Assembly (NCBI GenBank): GCA_045567365.1
Contig: JBJLDC010000002.1
Span: 321-64,320, forward strand
Length of the DNA stretch: 64,000 nt
Source: Candidatus Pelagibacterales bacterium
Lineage (GTDB): Bacteria; Pseudomonadota; Alphaproteobacteria; Pelagibacterales; AG-422-B15
Direction of reading: 5' to 3'
In this document: positions 21,997 through 33,831 of the stretch, one piece after another
Layout: each line of letters opens with the position of its first letter
Numbering within the stretch: position 1 is the stretch's first letter
Position numbers and translations under genes: made by a program
Notes under the pieces: generated by a model
Database searches by the model: none
The model's input: only the letters and a program-made list of their open reading frames with translations
What the model was told of the DNA's origin: nothing

Positions 21997-22302
21997 TCAT
22001 CCTTTCAAGCTATTGATTTTCTCAATTTCAATAGTCCCAGCATTTCTATTATATATCACCAATATTGCTAAACCTATTGCGGCTTCAGCAGCAGCAACAG
22101 TTAAAACAAATAAAGAAATTATTTGTCCTGTAAGATCACCTAAGAAATATGAAAAAGAAACTAGATTGATATTGACTGATAGAAGAATGATCTCAATTGA
22201 CATTAATATAATTATTACGTTTTTTCTGTTGAGAAAAATACCAATAACCCCGATGCTAAAAAGAAGTGCTGACAATATTAAAAACTGATTTAATTCAATC
22301 AT
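21997..22302 (-). CDS. nuoK: NADH-quinone oxidoreductase subunit K
   Basis: 101 aa with three TMs, in operon position. Confidence 0.92.
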   Translation of the reverse strand: MIELNQFLILSALLFSIGVIGIFLNRKNVIIILMSIEIILLSVNINLVSFSYFLGDLTGQIISLFVLTVAAAEAAIGLAILVIYNRNAGTIEIEKINSLKG

Positions 22303-22922
22303 TATATATCAACTCCTTCATTTGATTTAGGATCAACCATCGTTATGGTTGATTTATAATTACGATCTAATTGAGATTGAATTGATTGTCTTTTTACGCC
22401 CTCACGAGTCCTTAGAGTCAAAACAATTGAACCAATCATGGCAACAAGTAAAATAACGCCAGAAAGTTGAAAATATAAAATATAATCTGTGTATAGGATG
22501 GACCCAATAGCCTCTGTATTTGTTAAATTTTCAAATTTTATCATTGGATTAACTAAGATTTGAATATTTGAGAGATCAAATTTGGTATTAATGAGAACTA
22601 TAATTAGTTCAGATATAAAAACCACACCAACAAAAAATCCAATTGGTAAATATTGAAGAATATTATTCTTATCGAGGCTTATTTTAAAATCTAACATCAT
22701 AACAACAAATAAAAATAAAACTGCGACAGCTCCTACGTAAACGATAATTAAAATCATTGCCAGAAACTCAGCGTGTAAAATTACAAAAAGCCCTGCACCA
22801 TTAAAGAATGTTAAAATTAAAAATAATACTGAATGAACTGGATTTTTTGAGGTAATCACCATCAAAGAAGAAAGAAGAATAACAGTTGAAAATATATAAA
22901 ATGATAACAAGGATGCTGTCAT
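22302..22922 (-). CDS. nuoJ: NADH-quinone oxidoreductase subunit J
   Basis: 206-aa membrane protein, in operon position. Confidence 0.9.
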   Translation of the reverse strand: MTASLLSFYIFSTVILLSSLMVITSKNPVHSVLFLILTFFNGAGLFVILHAEFLAMILIIVYVGAVAVLFLFVVMMLDFKISLDKNNILQYLPIGFFVGVVFISELIIVLINTKFDLSNIQILVNPMIKFENLTNTEAIGSILYTDYILYFQLSGVILLVAMIGSIVLTLRTREGVKRQSIQSQLDRNYKSTITMVDPKSNEGVDI

Positions 22923-22925
22923 TTT

Positions 22926-23411
22926 CTATCTATACTCCGCATCTTTTTTTAGATTTTCGGCAATTGCGCTTTCCCACTTATCACCATTATCTAAGAGCTT
23001 CTCTTTTGTATAATAAAGTTCTTTTCTAGTTTCAGTGGAAAATTCAAAATTAGGTCCTTGAACAATTGCATCTACCGGACAAGATTCTTCACATAATCCA
23101 CAATAAATACATTTTACCATATCAATATCATATCTAGTTGTTCTTCTCGTTCCATCATCTCGCGGTTCAGATTCAATGGTTATGGCTTGAGCTGGACAAA
23201 CTGCCTCACATAATTTGCACCCAATACATCGTTCTTCACCACTTGGGTATCGCCTCAAAGCATGTTCTCCTCTAAACCTTGGGCTTAATTTTCCACGTTC
23301 ATAAGGGTAGTTTAATGTGGCTTTCTTTTTGAAGAAATATTTCTGTGCTAATATGTAAGCCTTAATAAAGTCGATGAGCAGAAAAGATTTTATAAAATTA
23401 ATAATTTTCAT
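22926..23411 (-). CDS. nuoI: NADH-quinone oxidoreductase subunit I
   Basis: 161 aa with two 4Fe-4S motifs, [12 protein letters not shown] and [12 protein letters not shown]. Confidence 0.95.
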   Translation of the reverse strand: MKIINFIKSFLLIDFIKAYILAQKYFFKKKATLNYPYERGKLSPRFRGEHALRRYPSGEERCIGCKLCEAVCPAQAITIESEPRDDGTRRTTRYDIDMVKCIYCGLCEESCPVDAIVQGPNFEFSTETRKELYYTKEKLLDNGDKWESAIAENLKKDAEYR

Positions 23412-24424
23412 GAAAATACAGGAGCTAGATTGAAGAAAAATAAAACGCTAGAGGTAACCACAACAGCTAATAATGAAAGTGGCAAAAATACTTTCCAACC
23501 AAGTCTCATTAATTGATCATATCGATACCGTGGAACAAAGGCTTTGACCATTGATATCATATAAAAAATCACCATCATCTTAACTAAAAACCATATAAAA
23601 CCAGGTATAAGGTTGAATGGAGCTACATCAATGGGTGGATACCATCCGCCAAAGAACATGATGGTCATCATTGCACACATCAGTAAGATATTTATGTACT
23701 CACCTAGAAAAAAAAGAAGAAATGGCATAGCGGAATATTCTGTTTGATAGCCGGCTACAAGCTCGGACTCTGCTTCAGGTAAATCGAACGGCGGTCTGTT
23801 TGTTTCCGCAAGCGCTGAGATAAAAAAAACAACAAACATTGGGAACAAAGGAATAAAGAACCAAATATTTTTTTGAGCATAAACAATTTCTGAGAGGTTT
23901 AGAGAACCAACACACATTAATACTGTTACAATTACAAATCCTATAGAAACCTCATATGAAACCATTTGAGCTGCAGATCGTAACGCCCCTAAAAAGGGGT
24001 ATTTACTATTTGATGCCCAACCAGCCATCAGGATTCCATAAATTCCCAAAGAGCTCATAGCAAATATATATAAAACTCCAACATTTATATCAGATAAAAC
24101 AATATTTTCTTGAATAGGAATAACAGCCCAAGCTGCTATTGCTAACGTCGAAGTTAATATTGGTGCAATAAAATAAACAGTTTTATCAGCTCCATCTGGA
24201 ATAATGATTTCTTTAAATAAAAATTTTAATCCATCGGCTGGTATTTGAAATAAACCAAAAGGTCCAACTACATTTGGTCCCTTTCTTTTTTGAACAGCTG
24301 CCCATATTTTTCTATCTGCAAATAAAACGATGACTACACCTAAAAGCAATGGAACAAAAATAAGAAGACAGAGACCAACAATAAAAAATAAATGAAAAAG
24401 ATTCTCAGAAATGAGAGCTATCAT
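23408..24424 (-). CDS. nuoH: NADH-quinone oxidoreductase subunit H
   Basis: 338-aa polytopic protein ([20 protein letters not shown] signature). Confidence 0.95.
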   Translation of the reverse strand: MIALISENLFHLFFIVGLCLLIFVPLLLGVVIVLFADRKIWAAVQKRKGPNVVGPFGLFQIPADGLKFLFKEIIIPDGADKTVYFIAPILTSTLAIAAWAVIPIQENIVLSDINVGVLYIFAMSSLGIYGILMAGWASNSKYPFLGALRSAAQMVSYEVSIGFVIVTVLMCVGSLNLSEIVYAQKNIWFFIPLFPMFVVFFISALAETNRPPFDLPEAESELVAGYQTEYSAMPFLLFFLGEYINILLMCAMMTIMFFGGWYPPIDVAPFNLIPGFIWFLVKMMVIFYMISMVKAFVPRYRYDQLMRLGWKVFLPLSLLAVVVTSSVLFFFNLAPVFS

Positions 24425-26478
24425 ATAGCTTTTCCATTTCTTAACTCTTTACGGATTTGACTACATTCGGCCATAGTTTTAGATAATCTTGATATTGAGT
24501 CAGTTAAGTAAAAATCTTTAATCATTGATTCAATTTCTTTATTATCAAATGAGATTTTTGATGCTTTATTTGCAAGCAATCTTTTATAAGGCCTATCAGC
24601 AGATACTTGATTAAATAAATCTGGATATTGATTTTTAATTTTTTCACGAACATCGTCCAATGTCACAAAACCCCAATTCAAATTAAGCATTTCACTAATT
24701 TGATTAATAATTTTCCAATCAGTTTTTGCCTCACTTGGCGGAAAACTTGCCTGATAGGCATATTGAAGTCTGCCTTCAGTGTTAATATAAATTGCGTCTT
24801 TTTCGGTGTAAGCTGCAGAAGGAAGAATTAAGTCTGCATTGCTTGCGCCTCTATCCCCATGTGAGCCCATGTAAATAATTTTTGTGTTTTGAAATTTACT
24901 ATAATCAATCTCATCCGCCCCAAATGAAAATAAAAGTTTTAAAGACCCACTCTCTGCATCTGCATATATATCTTTTAGTGATCTGCTAGATTGATAACAG
25001 CCCATATCTAACGCACCAATTCTTGATGCTGATAATTGAAGAGTATTTACACCGTTCCATGAAGAATCTAAGAAAGAATATTGATGAACAATATCTTCTA
25101 TTAGTGAATAAGCATTAAGACTATCATCACGATTCAATACTGATTGACCAATAATAATCATTGGCTTTTTTGCTTTGCCTAGAATCTTACAAAAATTATT
25201 TTCACCATCAGAAATAGATTTTAAGATATTCAGGTCATTTCCTAAATGTTCATAATCAAAAGTAAGGTCAAATTTTTCACCAATCAATCCAATAGGAATA
25301 TTTTTATTCAATAAGTGCTTTCGTATTCGAGTATTTATTATAGGAGCTTCTTCCCTGACATTGCTACCGATTATTAATATGCAGTCGCTTTCCTCAATTC
25401 CATTAATTGTTGAATTAAATAGATATTGGGAACGATCTGAATATGGAAGTCTCACCCCTTCTTGCCTACATTCAATTTTTTTAATATTTAATGATTCTGA
25501 AAGTTGTTTAATTAAATATGATGTTTCAAGATCAATGAAATCTCCCACAAGAAAAGCAATTTCATCGGGTTTGTGATTTTTCATAGATGACAAACACTCA
25601 TTTAACGCATCATTCCAATCAGTGGCGTTCAGATTTCCATCATGTCTTACATAAGGGGTATCTAGTCTCTGATTCAATAAACCATCACAAGCATATCTGG
25701 ATTTATCAGAGATCCATTCTTCATTAATATCTTCATTCAAACGTGGAAGTATTCGCTTAACTTTCCATCCATAAGTATCAACTCTTATATTTGAGCCCAC
25801 TGCATCCATGACATCGATTGTTTCAGTTTTTTTTAGTTCCCATGGTCTTGCTTCAAATTGATAAGGTTTTGATGTTAGTGCTCCCACTGGACAGAGATCA
25901 ATAACGTTTGCTGACATTTCAGAGTCAATCGACTTTTCGAGATAGGTAGTAATTTCCATATTCTCACCACGATTTACCGCTCCTATTTCTTCAACTCCAG
26001 CAACTTCCTCTGAAAACCGAATACATCTGGTACAATGAATACATCGTGTCATATATGTTTTGATCAAAGGACCCATATATTTTTCTTCGACTGAACGTTT
26101 ATTTAAATCAAATCTTGATTTACCAGAGCCATAAGCAACAGTTTGGTCTTGTAGATCACACTCTCCACCTTGATCACATACAGGGCAATCCAAAGGGTGA
26201 TTGATTAACAAAAACTCCATAACACCCTCTCTGGCTTTTTTTACTTTTTGTGTATTGGTATGAATTGACATTCCCTCATTTACCGGCATAGCACAAGACG
26301 CTACAGGCTTGGGTGATCCTTCCACATCAACGAGACACATTCGACAATTTCCCGCAATAGACAAGCGATCATGGTAACAGAATCTGGGTATTTCTTTCCC
26401 AGCTTCTTCGCACGCTTGAAGTATCGTCATGTCATCACGAACTTCAATTTCTGTTCCATCAACTTTTACTTTTGCCAT
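24421..26478 (-). CDS. nuoG: NADH-quinone oxidoreductase subunit G
   Basis: 685 aa with N-terminal 2Fe-2S and 4Fe-4S cysteine clusters ([15 protein letters not shown]; [14 protein letters not shown]). Confidence 0.95.
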   Translation of the reverse strand: MAKVKVDGTEIEVRDDMTILQACEEAGKEIPRFCYHDRLSIAGNCRMCLVDVEGSPKPVASCAMPVNEGMSIHTNTQKVKKAREGVMEFLLINHPLDCPVCDQGGECDLQDQTVAYGSGKSRFDLNKRSVEEKYMGPLIKTYMTRCIHCTRCIRFSEEVAGVEEIGAVNRGENMEITTYLEKSIDSEMSANVIDLCPVGALTSKPYQFEARPWELKKTETIDVMDAVGSNIRVDTYGWKVKRILPRLNEDINEEWISDKSRYACDGLLNQRLDTPYVRHDGNLNATDWNDALNECLSSMKNHKPDEIAFLVGDFIDLETSYLIKQLSESLNIKKIECRQEGVRLPYSDRSQYLFNSTINGIEESDCILIIGSNVREEAPIINTRIRKHLLNKNIPIGLIGEKFDLTFDYEHLGNDLNILKSISDGENNFCKILGKAKKPMIIIGQSVLNRDDSLNAYSLIEDIVHQYSFLDSSWNGVNTLQLSASRIGALDMGCYQSSRSLKDIYADAESGSLKLLFSFGADEIDYSKFQNTKIIYMGSHGDRGASNADLILPSAAYTEKDAIYINTEGRLQYAYQASFPPSEAKTDWKIINQISEMLNLNWGFVTLDDVREKIKNQYPDLFNQVSADRPYKRLLANKASKISFDNKEIESMIKDFYLTDSISRLSKTMAECSQIRKELRNGKAI

Positions 26479-27749
26479 TACGCCGCTCTAATTTTTTTTA
26501 TTAACTGCTCTTCTATTTCATCCCTAAAATGTCGGAATAAACCTTGAATTGGCCATGCCGCAGCATCACCTAGTGCGCAAATCGTATGACCTTCAACCTG
26601 CTTTGTAACATCTAGTAATCGATCGATTTCACCAGGGCTGGCTTCACCTGCTGCAATTTTTTCCATCATCCTCCACATCCATCCAGTACCCTCTCTACAT
26701 GGAGTACATTGACCACAACTTTCATGCTTATAAAATCTAGATATTCGAGCTATTGCTTTTACAAGATCTGTTGATTGATCCATAACAATGACAGCTGCTG
26801 TTCCTAAGCCACTCTTTACAGAAGACAGCGAGTCAAAATCCATCGAAACACTGTCACAAACTGACTTTGGTATCATTGGAACAGAGGATCCACCTGGAAT
26901 AATAGCTTTTAAATTATTCCAACCACCTCGCACGCCCCCAGCATGTTTTTCTATAAGCTCTTTTAAAGGTATGCCCATTTCTTCTTCAATATTACACGGA
27001 GTATTTACGTGTCCTGATATACAGAAGACTTTAGTACCGGTATTTTTAGTTTTTCCAAGAGAACTAAACCAAGATCCACCTCTGCGTAATATTGTAGGTA
27101 CAACGGCTATCGTTTCAACATTGTTAACTGTTGTCGGTGATCCATATAAGCCTTTATTAGCTGGGAAAGGAGGCTTAAGCCTTGGTTGACCTTTTTTCCC
27201 TTCAAGACTTTCAAGAAGAGCTGTTTCTTCTCCACAAATATACGCTCCAGCTCCTCTATGGAGATAAATGTTAAAATCCCATCCTGAGTTGCATGCGTTC
27301 TTTCCAATAAGACCAGCCTCATATGCTTCATCAATTGCTTTTTGTAAGACAACACTCTCGTTGAAATATTCACCTCGAATATAAATATAACAATCGTGTG
27401 CATTCATTGCAAAACCAGCCAGAAGACATCCTTCAAGAAGTTTATGGGGTTCGTTTCTAATCATATCTCTATCTTTGCAGGTACCAGGTTCTGACTCATC
27501 AGCATTCACAACTAAATAATTATTTTTGTTTACGTCCTTTGGCATGAAAGACCATTTTAAACCCGTGGGAAAACCTGCACCACCTCGTCCACGCAGCTCA
27601 GATTTTTTTACTTCGTCTATTATCCAATCTGATCCTTTTTTAATAAAATCACTCGTCTGATCCCAATCTCCTCGAGACAGAGCTTCTCTAAGAGAATAAG
27701 ATTGATCCCCAAACAAATTAGTAAAAATTTTATCTTTAGCTTTTAACAT
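26478..27749 (-). CDS. nuoF: NADH-quinone oxidoreductase subunit F
   Basis: 423 aa with the [29 protein letters not shown] and [12 protein letters not shown] motifs. Confidence 0.96.
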   Translation of the reverse strand: MLKAKDKIFTNLFGDQSYSLREALSRGDWDQTSDFIKKGSDWIIDEVKKSELRGRGGAGFPTGLKWSFMPKDVNKNNYLVVNADESEPGTCKDRDMIRNEPHKLLEGCLLAGFAMNAHDCYIYIRGEYFNESVVLQKAIDEAYEAGLIGKNACNSGWDFNIYLHRGAGAYICGEETALLESLEGKKGQPRLKPPFPANKGLYGSPTTVNNVETIAVVPTILRRGGSWFSSLGKTKNTGTKVFCISGHVNTPCNIEEEMGIPLKELIEKHAGGVRGGWNNLKAIIPGGSSVPMIPKSVCDSVSMDFDSLSSVKSGLGTAAVIVMDQSTDLVKAIARISRFYKHESCGQCTPCREGTGWMWRMMEKIAAGEASPGEIDRLLDVTKQVEGHTICALGDAAAWPIQGLFRHFRDEIEEQLIKKIRAA

Positions 27750-28296
27750 ATTCCTCCGCTCTTGAACCTTTGCGGCCTGTTTGAGATCCTATAGGAGATG
27801 GATTTCCATCAATAAATGACTGCAATACATTTTTTGTGTTTTCATAGTTTAAGTCTTCATAAAAATCGTCGTTGATTTGAACTAAGGGCGCATTAACGCA
27901 TGCCCCCAAACACTCCACTTCCATCCATGAAAATAATCCATCATTAGATAATTCATTTTGTTTTTCAGAAATAATTTCTTTACATGCTTTTACCACTTCA
28001 TCGGAACCTTTTAACCAACAAGGTGTAGTGGTACATACTTGAACAAAGTATTTTCCAACTGGCGTTGTATAATACATTGAATAGAATGTAACTATTTCAT
28101 AAACTTTTATGTAAGGCATCTCAAGATGTGAAGCTACATGCTCAATTGCTGACTTGCTAAGCCAGCCACCATTTTGTCTTTGAGCAATATCTAGCAAAGA
28201 CATCACAGCGCTTTGTTTTCGATCTTCAGGATATTTACTGAGTTCAAACTTTACTTTATCTAAACTTTCAGCATTAAATGAAAATGTTTCAGTCAT
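27736..28296 (-). CDS. nuoE: NADH-quinone oxidoreductase subunit E
   Basis: 186 aa with 2Fe-2S cysteines (VCTTTPC ... ECLGAC). Confidence 0.94.
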   Translation of the reverse strand: MTETFSFNAESLDKVKFELSKYPEDRKQSAVMSLLDIAQRQNGGWLSKSAIEHVASHLEMPYIKVYEIVTFYSMYYTTPVGKYFVQVCTTTPCWLKGSDEVVKACKEIISEKQNELSNDGLFSWMEVECLGACVNAPLVQINDDFYEDLNYENTKNVLQSFIDGNPSPIGSQTGRKGSRAEEYVKS

Positions 28297-29469
28297 CTAT
28301 CTATCAACTTCCCCAAACACAATTGCTAGAGATCCTAGTATCGCAGGAACATCTGCTAGTAAATGTCCTTTTGATAATAGATTGAACGCTTGTAAATGAG
28401 CAAATCCAGGAGCTCTAATTTTGCATCGATAAGGCCTACTTGTATTATCTGAAATTAAGTATACTCCAAACTCTCCCTTTGGAGCCTCTACAGCTGTATA
28501 AATTTCACCTTCAGGAACATGAAAGCCTTCAGTAAAAAATTTAAAGTGATGAATAATGGCTTCCATTGACTCTTTCATCTCAGCCCGTTTTGGGGGAGCT
28601 ATTTTAGTATCCCTATTAATGACTTCTCCACTCGGCATGTTGTTAATGCACTGTGTCATAATTTTTACGCTCTCTCTCATCTCATCCATTTGACATAAAT
28701 AGCGATCATAACAATCACCATTTTTTCCAATTGGAACTTTAAAATCAAAGTCTTCATAAGAATCATAAGGTTGAGATCGTCTTAAATCCCATGGCACTCC
28801 AGATGCCCTTAGCACAAAACCACTAAAACCGTTATCAACAGCTTCTTCTTTTGAGATTTTGCCAATATCAACATTACGCTGCTTGAATATTCTATTTTCA
28901 GTTAGCAGTGTTTCCATATCATCAACAACTTTAGGAAATGATATACAGAAATCATTTATCTTTTCTAGAAGTCCATCTGGCAAGTCTTGATGAACACCTC
29001 CGGCTCTAAAATAATTTGCATGAAAACGAGAACCAGAGACTTCTTCATAAAAGTCTAGAAGCTTTTCTCTTTCATCAAATCCCCAGGTGATAGGTGTCAT
29101 TGCGCCAACGTCCATAGCTGTTGTCGTTACATTTAATAAATGACTTAAAAGACGTCCAATCTCAGAAAAAAGAACTCTAATATACTGCCCTCTTTTGGGA
29201 ACATCTACCTTCATTAACTTTTCAATTGCTAGAGCAAATGCATGCTCTTGGTTCATTGGCGCTACATAATCAAGTCGATCAAAATATGGGATAGCTTGTA
29301 AATAAGTTTTAGTTTCAATTAGCTTTTCAGTACCACGATGTAAAAGACCGATATGAGGATCAGCTCTTTCAACAACTTCTCCATCGAGGTCTAAAATTAA
29401 TCTTAGAACTCCGTGAGCAGCTGGGTGAACAGGGCCAAAATTTACAGTTACTGTTTTACTTTCCGCCAT
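28297..29469 (-). CDS. nuoD: NADH-quinone oxidoreductase subunit D (start trimmed to MAESK...)
   Basis: [15 protein letters not shown] motif. The ORF-track start at 29526 would overlap nuoC by 70 nt. The ATG at 29469 gives a 14-nt overlap (ATGGCGGAAAGTAA) and a normal N-terminus. Confidence 0.93.
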   Translation of the reverse strand: MAESKTVTVNFGPVHPAAHGVLRLILDLDGEVVERADPHIGLLHRGTEKLIETKTYLQAIPYFDRLDYVAPMNQEHAFALAIEKLMKVDVPKRGQYIRVLFSEIGRLLSHLLNVTTTAMDVGAMTPITWGFDEREKLLDFYEEVSGSRFHANYFRAGGVHQDLPDGLLEKINDFCISFPKVVDDMETLLTENRIFKQRNVDIGKISKEEAVDNGFSGFVLRASGVPWDLRRSQPYDSYEDFDFKVPIGKNGDCYDRYLCQMDEMRESVKIMTQCINNMPSGEVINRDTKIAPPKRAEMKESMEAIIHHFKFFTEGFHVPEGEIYTAVEAPKGEFGVYLISDNTSRPYRCKIRAPGFAHLQAFNLLSKGHLLADVPAILGSLAIVFGEVDR

Positions 29470-30055
29470 TGCCGTCCTGCTCTTCCTCTTTATACGTAGT
29501 TCCTTCCCAAGGGCTTTGAATATCAAAATGACGATAGTCTTGTTGTAGCTTTACAGGCTCATATACGATCTTCTTTTCAATTTCATTGTATCGAACCTCA
29601 ACATTGCCACTTAAAGGGAAATCTTTTCTTAATGGATAACCTTCAAAACCATAGTCGGTTAGAATTCTCCTCAGATCCGGATGATCATTGAATTGGATTC
29701 CGTACATATCAAAAGCTTCTCTTTCAAACCAATTTGCACATGGGAATACAGACGTAAGACTATCTATTGCTGAACCTTCATCAATATAAACCTTAACTCG
29801 AGCTCTTAGATTATTTTTAAAACTTAATAAATGGTATACAACTTCAAATCTATTTTCTCTATCAGGATAATCAACGCCAGCAATATCTGTTAACTGTCGA
29901 AATTGACACTTTGAGCTATCTTTTAAAAACTGAAAGCTTGAAATTATCTGTCTTGACTCAATAATAATCTCAATTTGATTATTGATAACTTTAACATCAA
30001 TAGGATTTATTTTTTCACTTATAGTCTGAACGACTAAATCAATAGGACTGCTCAT
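29456..30055 (-). CDS. nuoC: NADH-quinone oxidoreductase subunit C
   Basis: 199 aa ([42 protein letters not shown]). Confidence 0.94.
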   Translation of the reverse strand: MSSPIDLVVQTISEKINPIDVKVINNQIEIIIESRQIISSFQFLKDSSKCQFRQLTDIAGVDYPDRENRFEVVYHLLSFKNNLRARVKVYIDEGSAIDSLTSVFPCANWFEREAFDMYGIQFNDHPDLRRILTDYGFEGYPLRKDFPLSGNVEVRYNEIEKKIVYEPVKLQQDYRHFDIQSPWEGTTYKEEEQDGNGGK

Positions 30056-30059
30056 AAAT

Positions 30060-30581
30060 TTATCTAACTATGTTGCCTTCTCTACGTATTTTCTTTTGAA
30101 GTTGCAATATTCCATACATTAATGCCTCAGCTGTTGGTGGACATCCTGGAACATAAATATCAATTGGGACTATGCGATCACTTCCCCTTACAACTGAATA
30201 TGAATAGTGATAATATCCTCCACCATTAGCACAGCTTCCCATTGAAATTACATAACGAGGCTCTGCCATTTGATCATAAGCTTTTCTTAGTGCAGGAGCC
30301 ATCTTGTTAGTTAATGTTCCTGCAATAATCATAACATCAGCATGTCTAGGTGAGGCTCTTGGTGCTGCACCCATTCGCTCAACATCATATCGAGGTGTCC
30401 CAACATGCATCATTTCAACGGCACAACATGCAAGTCCAAAAGTCATCCAATGCAATGAGCCTGTTCTGGCCCAATTAATCAAATTATTAACATTTGTTAC
30501 AATAAAACCTTTATCTGAATATCGTTGTTTAAGATCTTCTAATTCTTGAGATCCGATCTCTGGTGTTGCCGCTATTGCCAT
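30060..30581 (-). CDS. nuoB: NADH-quinone oxidoreductase subunit B
   Basis: 173 aa with cluster N2 cysteines ([22 protein letters not shown]). Confidence 0.96.
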   Translation of the reverse strand: MAIAATPEIGSQELEDLKQRYSDKGFIVTNVNNLINWARTGSLHWMTFGLACCAVEMMHVGTPRYDVERMGAAPRASPRHADVMIIAGTLTNKMAPALRKAYDQMAEPRYVISMGSCANGGGYYHYSYSVVRGSDRIVPIDIYVPGCPPTAEALMYGILQLQKKIRREGNIVR

Positions 30582-30937
30582 TCAAGTGCCCCTTTCTTCC
30601 ATTCGTATATAAAGCCAATGGTTAAGACACCTAGGAAAAACATCATCGAGAAAAATCCAAGTAATCCTAGATTTCCAAAGGTAATTGCCCAAGGAAACAA
30701 AAAGGTGACCTCAAGATCAAAAATAATAAATAGCAAAGTCACGAGATAAAATCGAATATCGAATTTCATTCTGGAATCTCCAAATTGAGGAAAGCCACTT
30801 TCAAATGCATCACTCTTTTCTGGATCAGGATTTCTTTTGGCAACAAGAAAATTTGCCAATATAAACAAACAACTAATAACCAGTGCAACAATTAGAAAAA
30901 TTGCTAATGGAAGGTACTCAGCTAATATAAAGTTCAT
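30572..30937 (-). CDS. nuoA: NADH-quinone oxidoreductase subunit A
   Basis: 121 aa with three TMs (AFESGF...[12 protein letters not shown]), first gene of the operon. Confidence 0.93.
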   Translation of the reverse strand: MNFILAEYLPLAIFLIVALVISCLFILANFLVAKRNPDPEKSDAFESGFPQFGDSRMKFDIRFYLVTLLFIIFDLEVTFLFPWAITFGNLGLLGFFSMMFFLGVLTIGFIYEWKKGALEWQ

Positions 30938-31140
30938 AATCCTAAAGAGCTTTTAAACAATATATACACTTAAAAAAGTAAAAAAAAACAACGATATGCC
31001 TATTCAGATACGATTATTTGTGTATCATTTTAATGTAAAAATAAGATTAATGAATTCAATTGGATGTGACAAAATAACATAATTTAGATTTAATTTAATA
31101 AATAAATTCAATAAGTTAATAAGTAAATTGGAGATGCTAC

Positions 31141-32058
31141 ATGAGTAATGATCTTAAACTTCTGGTTGATAACCTACATTTTTCGGAAGGGCCACGCTGG
31201 CATGATGGAAAGTTTTGGTACTCAGATTTCTATCAAAAAGCTGTTTTTTGTGTTGATGAGTCGGGAAGTGTTGAAAAAGTAGTTGATATACCAAACCAGC
31301 CATCAGGTCTTGGATGGCTTCCAAACAATGATTTACTCATAGTGTCAATGCATGACCAAAAATTAATGAAATATAGCAATGGACAATTAACTGTCCATTC
31401 TGACTTATCACATCTTACACAATTCACATGTAATGATATGGTCGTAGATAGAGATGGCCATGCCTATATTGGAAATTTTGGAACAACACAACATAATGTA
31501 AATGTTAAACCAACTTGCTTAATTCATGTAACACCTGATGGTGATGCTAATATTGCGGCAGACAACTTAGAATTTCCAAATGGAACTGTAATTACACCTG
31601 ATGGAAAGAGGATGATTTTAGGTGAAACTTATGCTGGTCGTTTAACTTCATATGATATTAACGATGACAAGTCTCTTTCGAATAGAAAAGTATGGGCTCA
31701 ACTGATGCCTTTGCCTTTTTATTATTATACAAAAATTCAAAGATTCTTTGGTGTAAAAGCAAAAGAGTCAACTTACAAAGTACGTGTCCCCGATGGAATT
31801 TGCTTGGACGAGAAAATGGGCATATGGGTAGCTTCCCCTACTTCTACTGAAGTATTTCGAGTTGAAGAGGGGGGAAAAATTACAGACTCAATTCAAACAC
31901 CCAACAGAGCATTCGCATGCATGTTGGGAGGACAAGATCGAAAGACATTATACATTTCTACTGGTCAAGAATCTACTCCGGAAGTTGCTAGTCAAAATAA
32001 ATTTGGAAAAATATACACAACACGCGTTGATATTCCTGGAGCTGGTTGGCCAGCATAA
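31141..32058 (+). CDS. SMP-30/gluconolactonase/LRE-like beta-propeller protein
   Basis: 305 aa (HFSEGPRWHDGKFWYSD, EFPNGTVITPDGK, PDGICLDE), typical of the SGL family. GGAG Shine-Dalgarno upstream. Confidence 0.8.
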   Translation: MSNDLKLLVDNLHFSEGPRWHDGKFWYSDFYQKAVFCVDESGSVEKVVDIPNQPSGLGWLPNNDLLIVSMHDQKLMKYSNGQLTVHSDLSHLTQFTCNDMVVDRDGHAYIGNFGTTQHNVNVKPTCLIHVTPDGDANIAADNLEFPNGTVITPDGKRMILGETYAGRLTSYDINDDKSLSNRKVWAQLMPLPFYYYTKIQRFFGVKAKESTYKVRVPDGICLDEKMGIWVASPTSTEVFRVEEGGKITDSIQTPNRAFACMLGGQDRKTLYISTGQESTPEVASQNKFGKIYTTRVDIPGAGWPA

Positions 32059-32667
32059 ATGTACAAAGTCTATGGACGCCCATTTGCTGGATCACTTATA
32101 GCTGAGTTCTTACTTAACGAAGCTGATGCTGATTACGAATTCATAAAAGTTGACTACGAAAGTTCAAAAAAGGATGATTTCTTAAAAAAAAGCCCAATGG
32201 GAAAAATACCTGTTTTGGAATGTCCAGACGGTCATCTTGTTTTTGAAACAACTGCAATTGTAGCACACATAGTTGAAACAAAAAATATACTAATACCAAA
32301 AATTACTACGCCACAACGTGATCTCTACAATCAATCAATGTCAGTCATGTCGACTAGTATTTATCAGAATTATCATCACCAAAATCATAGTTATTATTAT
32401 GTCTCAGAAGAAAATTATGATGACTTAAGAAATAGAGCCGCTGAAAGACAAGTCACGATCTATAATTATATTGAAACAATTCTTAATCCATACCTTTGTG
32501 GCAAAGAGCTTACTGCCGCTGATTTTTATTTGTATATGATTGCAATATGGGATCATGATCGAGAAAAACTATTTAACAATAGGCCAAAATTATCAGCTCT
32601 TATAAAAGAACTTAGCGAGAGACCATCAATTAAAAAAGCTATCTCAAGCCACTCAAAAAATAGCTAA
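32059..32667 (+). CDS. Glutathione S-transferase family protein
   Basis: 202 aa with an N-terminal thioredoxin-like GST domain (SPMGKIPVLECPDGHLVFETTAI). Its start abuts the SGL stop (TAAATG). Confidence 0.75.
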   Translation: MYKVYGRPFAGSLIAEFLLNEADADYEFIKVDYESSKKDDFLKKSPMGKIPVLECPDGHLVFETTAIVAHIVETKNILIPKITTPQRDLYNQSMSVMSTSIYQNYHHQNHSYYYVSEENYDDLRNRAAERQVTIYNYIETILNPYLCGKELTAADFYLYMIAIWDHDREKLFNNRPKLSALIKELSERPSIKKAISSHSKNS

Positions 32668-32681
32668 TTTAAATTTTTTAG

Positions 32682-33047
32682 CTATTTTTTCACTGGCAGG
32701 CCTGCATTTAACCAGCCTTCATTGCCTTCAAATCCATCAACAACATTGATGCATTTATAATTCTCATGACTCAACATATCGGATGCCAAGGCAGAGCGAA
32801 CACCAGATTTACAAATAAATGCTATTTCAAATTCCTTTTCAATATTAAGACTAAGAATATCATTTACAAAATTACCATTTAAGGATCCTTCATTGTTTTT
32901 TATTGATACAAAATATGTCTTAAGACCAATTTGATCACCGTCTGGTTTGCCAACTGTCTCCCACTCTCGTTCAGTTCGAACATCAATTAAGATACATTTA
33001 CTATTATTACTATATTCAATTAGTTCATTTGGAGTCATCTCTTTCAT
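32682..33047 (-). CDS. Single-domain rhodanese (sulfurtransferase)
   Basis: 121 aa with the active-site loop CKSGVRS (CxxxxR-type). Its start ATG overlaps the upstream methyltransferase stop by 1 nt (TAATG). Confidence 0.85.
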   Translation of the reverse strand: MKEMTPNELIEYSNNSKCILIDVRTEREWETVGKPDGDQIGLKTYFVSIKNNEGSLNGNFVNDILSLNIEKEFEIAFICKSGVRSALASDMLSHENYKCINVVDGFEGNEGWLNAGLPVKK

Positions 33048-33712
33048 TATTTTTTCCTCATTGTTGCTCGATAAAGTCGTCTTGGAAAACTTCCTTCTTC
33101 AAAAGTACTCATATCGAGTAATTCAAAGCCTCTCAACAATTTTTTAATTTTATCCTTGGAAAAGAAATGAACAATAAATCCATTGCTTTCATATAAATCT
33201 TCCCCTCGATGGATTCCATTTTGATAGTCTCCATCTTCTATATTTCTTACAGTAAATACATTTAACCCACCCTGTTTAAGAACTCTATGAACTTCATTAT
33301 TTAAATTCTCTATTTCCTTAAAACTGAGAGCCATACAATATAACATATGAGAATAACAACCATCGATGCTGTTATCTTCAAAAGGTAGTCTTTCTCTTAC
33401 ATCAAATATTTTAGCATCCAAAAGATTACCAAGTCCCAATTGCGTAGATTTTTCTTGAATACGCTTTATTCCTGATTGGCTATAATCTAATGATTGAATG
33501 TTAAGTCCATTTTTTGCAAAAAATATTGAGTCTCTTCCCTGACCAGAGCCAAGTTCAATTATATTTTTAAAATTATTTTTTTTAAACTGCTCCAAAGTAT
33601 AGACAGCTGACACACTTGGGTTAGTCCCAAACATATCAGGTCTATTCGAGAAATTTTTTTCCCAATGTAGGCTCTGCTTATAAAGAGCCTCTAATTCCAA
33701 ATTTTTAGACAC
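33047..33712 (-). CDS. Class I SAM-dependent methyltransferase (TehB-like by pattern)
   Basis: 221 aa with motif I IIELGSGQGRDSIFFA and motif post-I LDYS. Its size and N-terminal layout resemble small-molecule (TehB/thiol-type) methyltransferases; the substrate is unknown. Confidence 0.8.
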   Translation of the reverse strand: MSKNLELEALYKQSLHWEKNFSNRPDMFGTNPSVSAVYTLEQFKKNNFKNIIELGSGQGRDSIFFAKNGLNIQSLDYSQSGIKRIQEKSTQLGLGNLLDAKIFDVRERLPFEDNSIDGCYSHMLYCMALSFKEIENLNNEVHRVLKQGGLNVFTVRNIEDGDYQNGIHRGEDLYESNGFIVHFFSKDKIKKLLRGFELLDMSTFEEGSFPRRLYRATMRKK

Positions 33713-33831
33713 ATCAAATAATTTAATAAATACACAGTATTTAATTATTGTTTATTTTCAATGACTTTATGCAAAAACATCAACCAGAATGACATGATTT
33801 ACAAACTCAATTGAGATGTTAACATTTTGTC

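Noticed and set aside
29470-29526. 19-codon N-terminal extension of nuoD in the ORF track ([19 protein letters not shown])
   Set aside because: It would overlap nuoC by 70 nt. The conserved NuoD sequence begins right after the internal ATG at 29469.
30938-31140. 203-nt spacer upstream of nuoA, considered as a possible riboswitch or sRNA locus
   Set aside because: It is uniformly AT-rich with no GC-enriched or self-complementary segment. It is most simply the nuo and SGL divergent promoter region.
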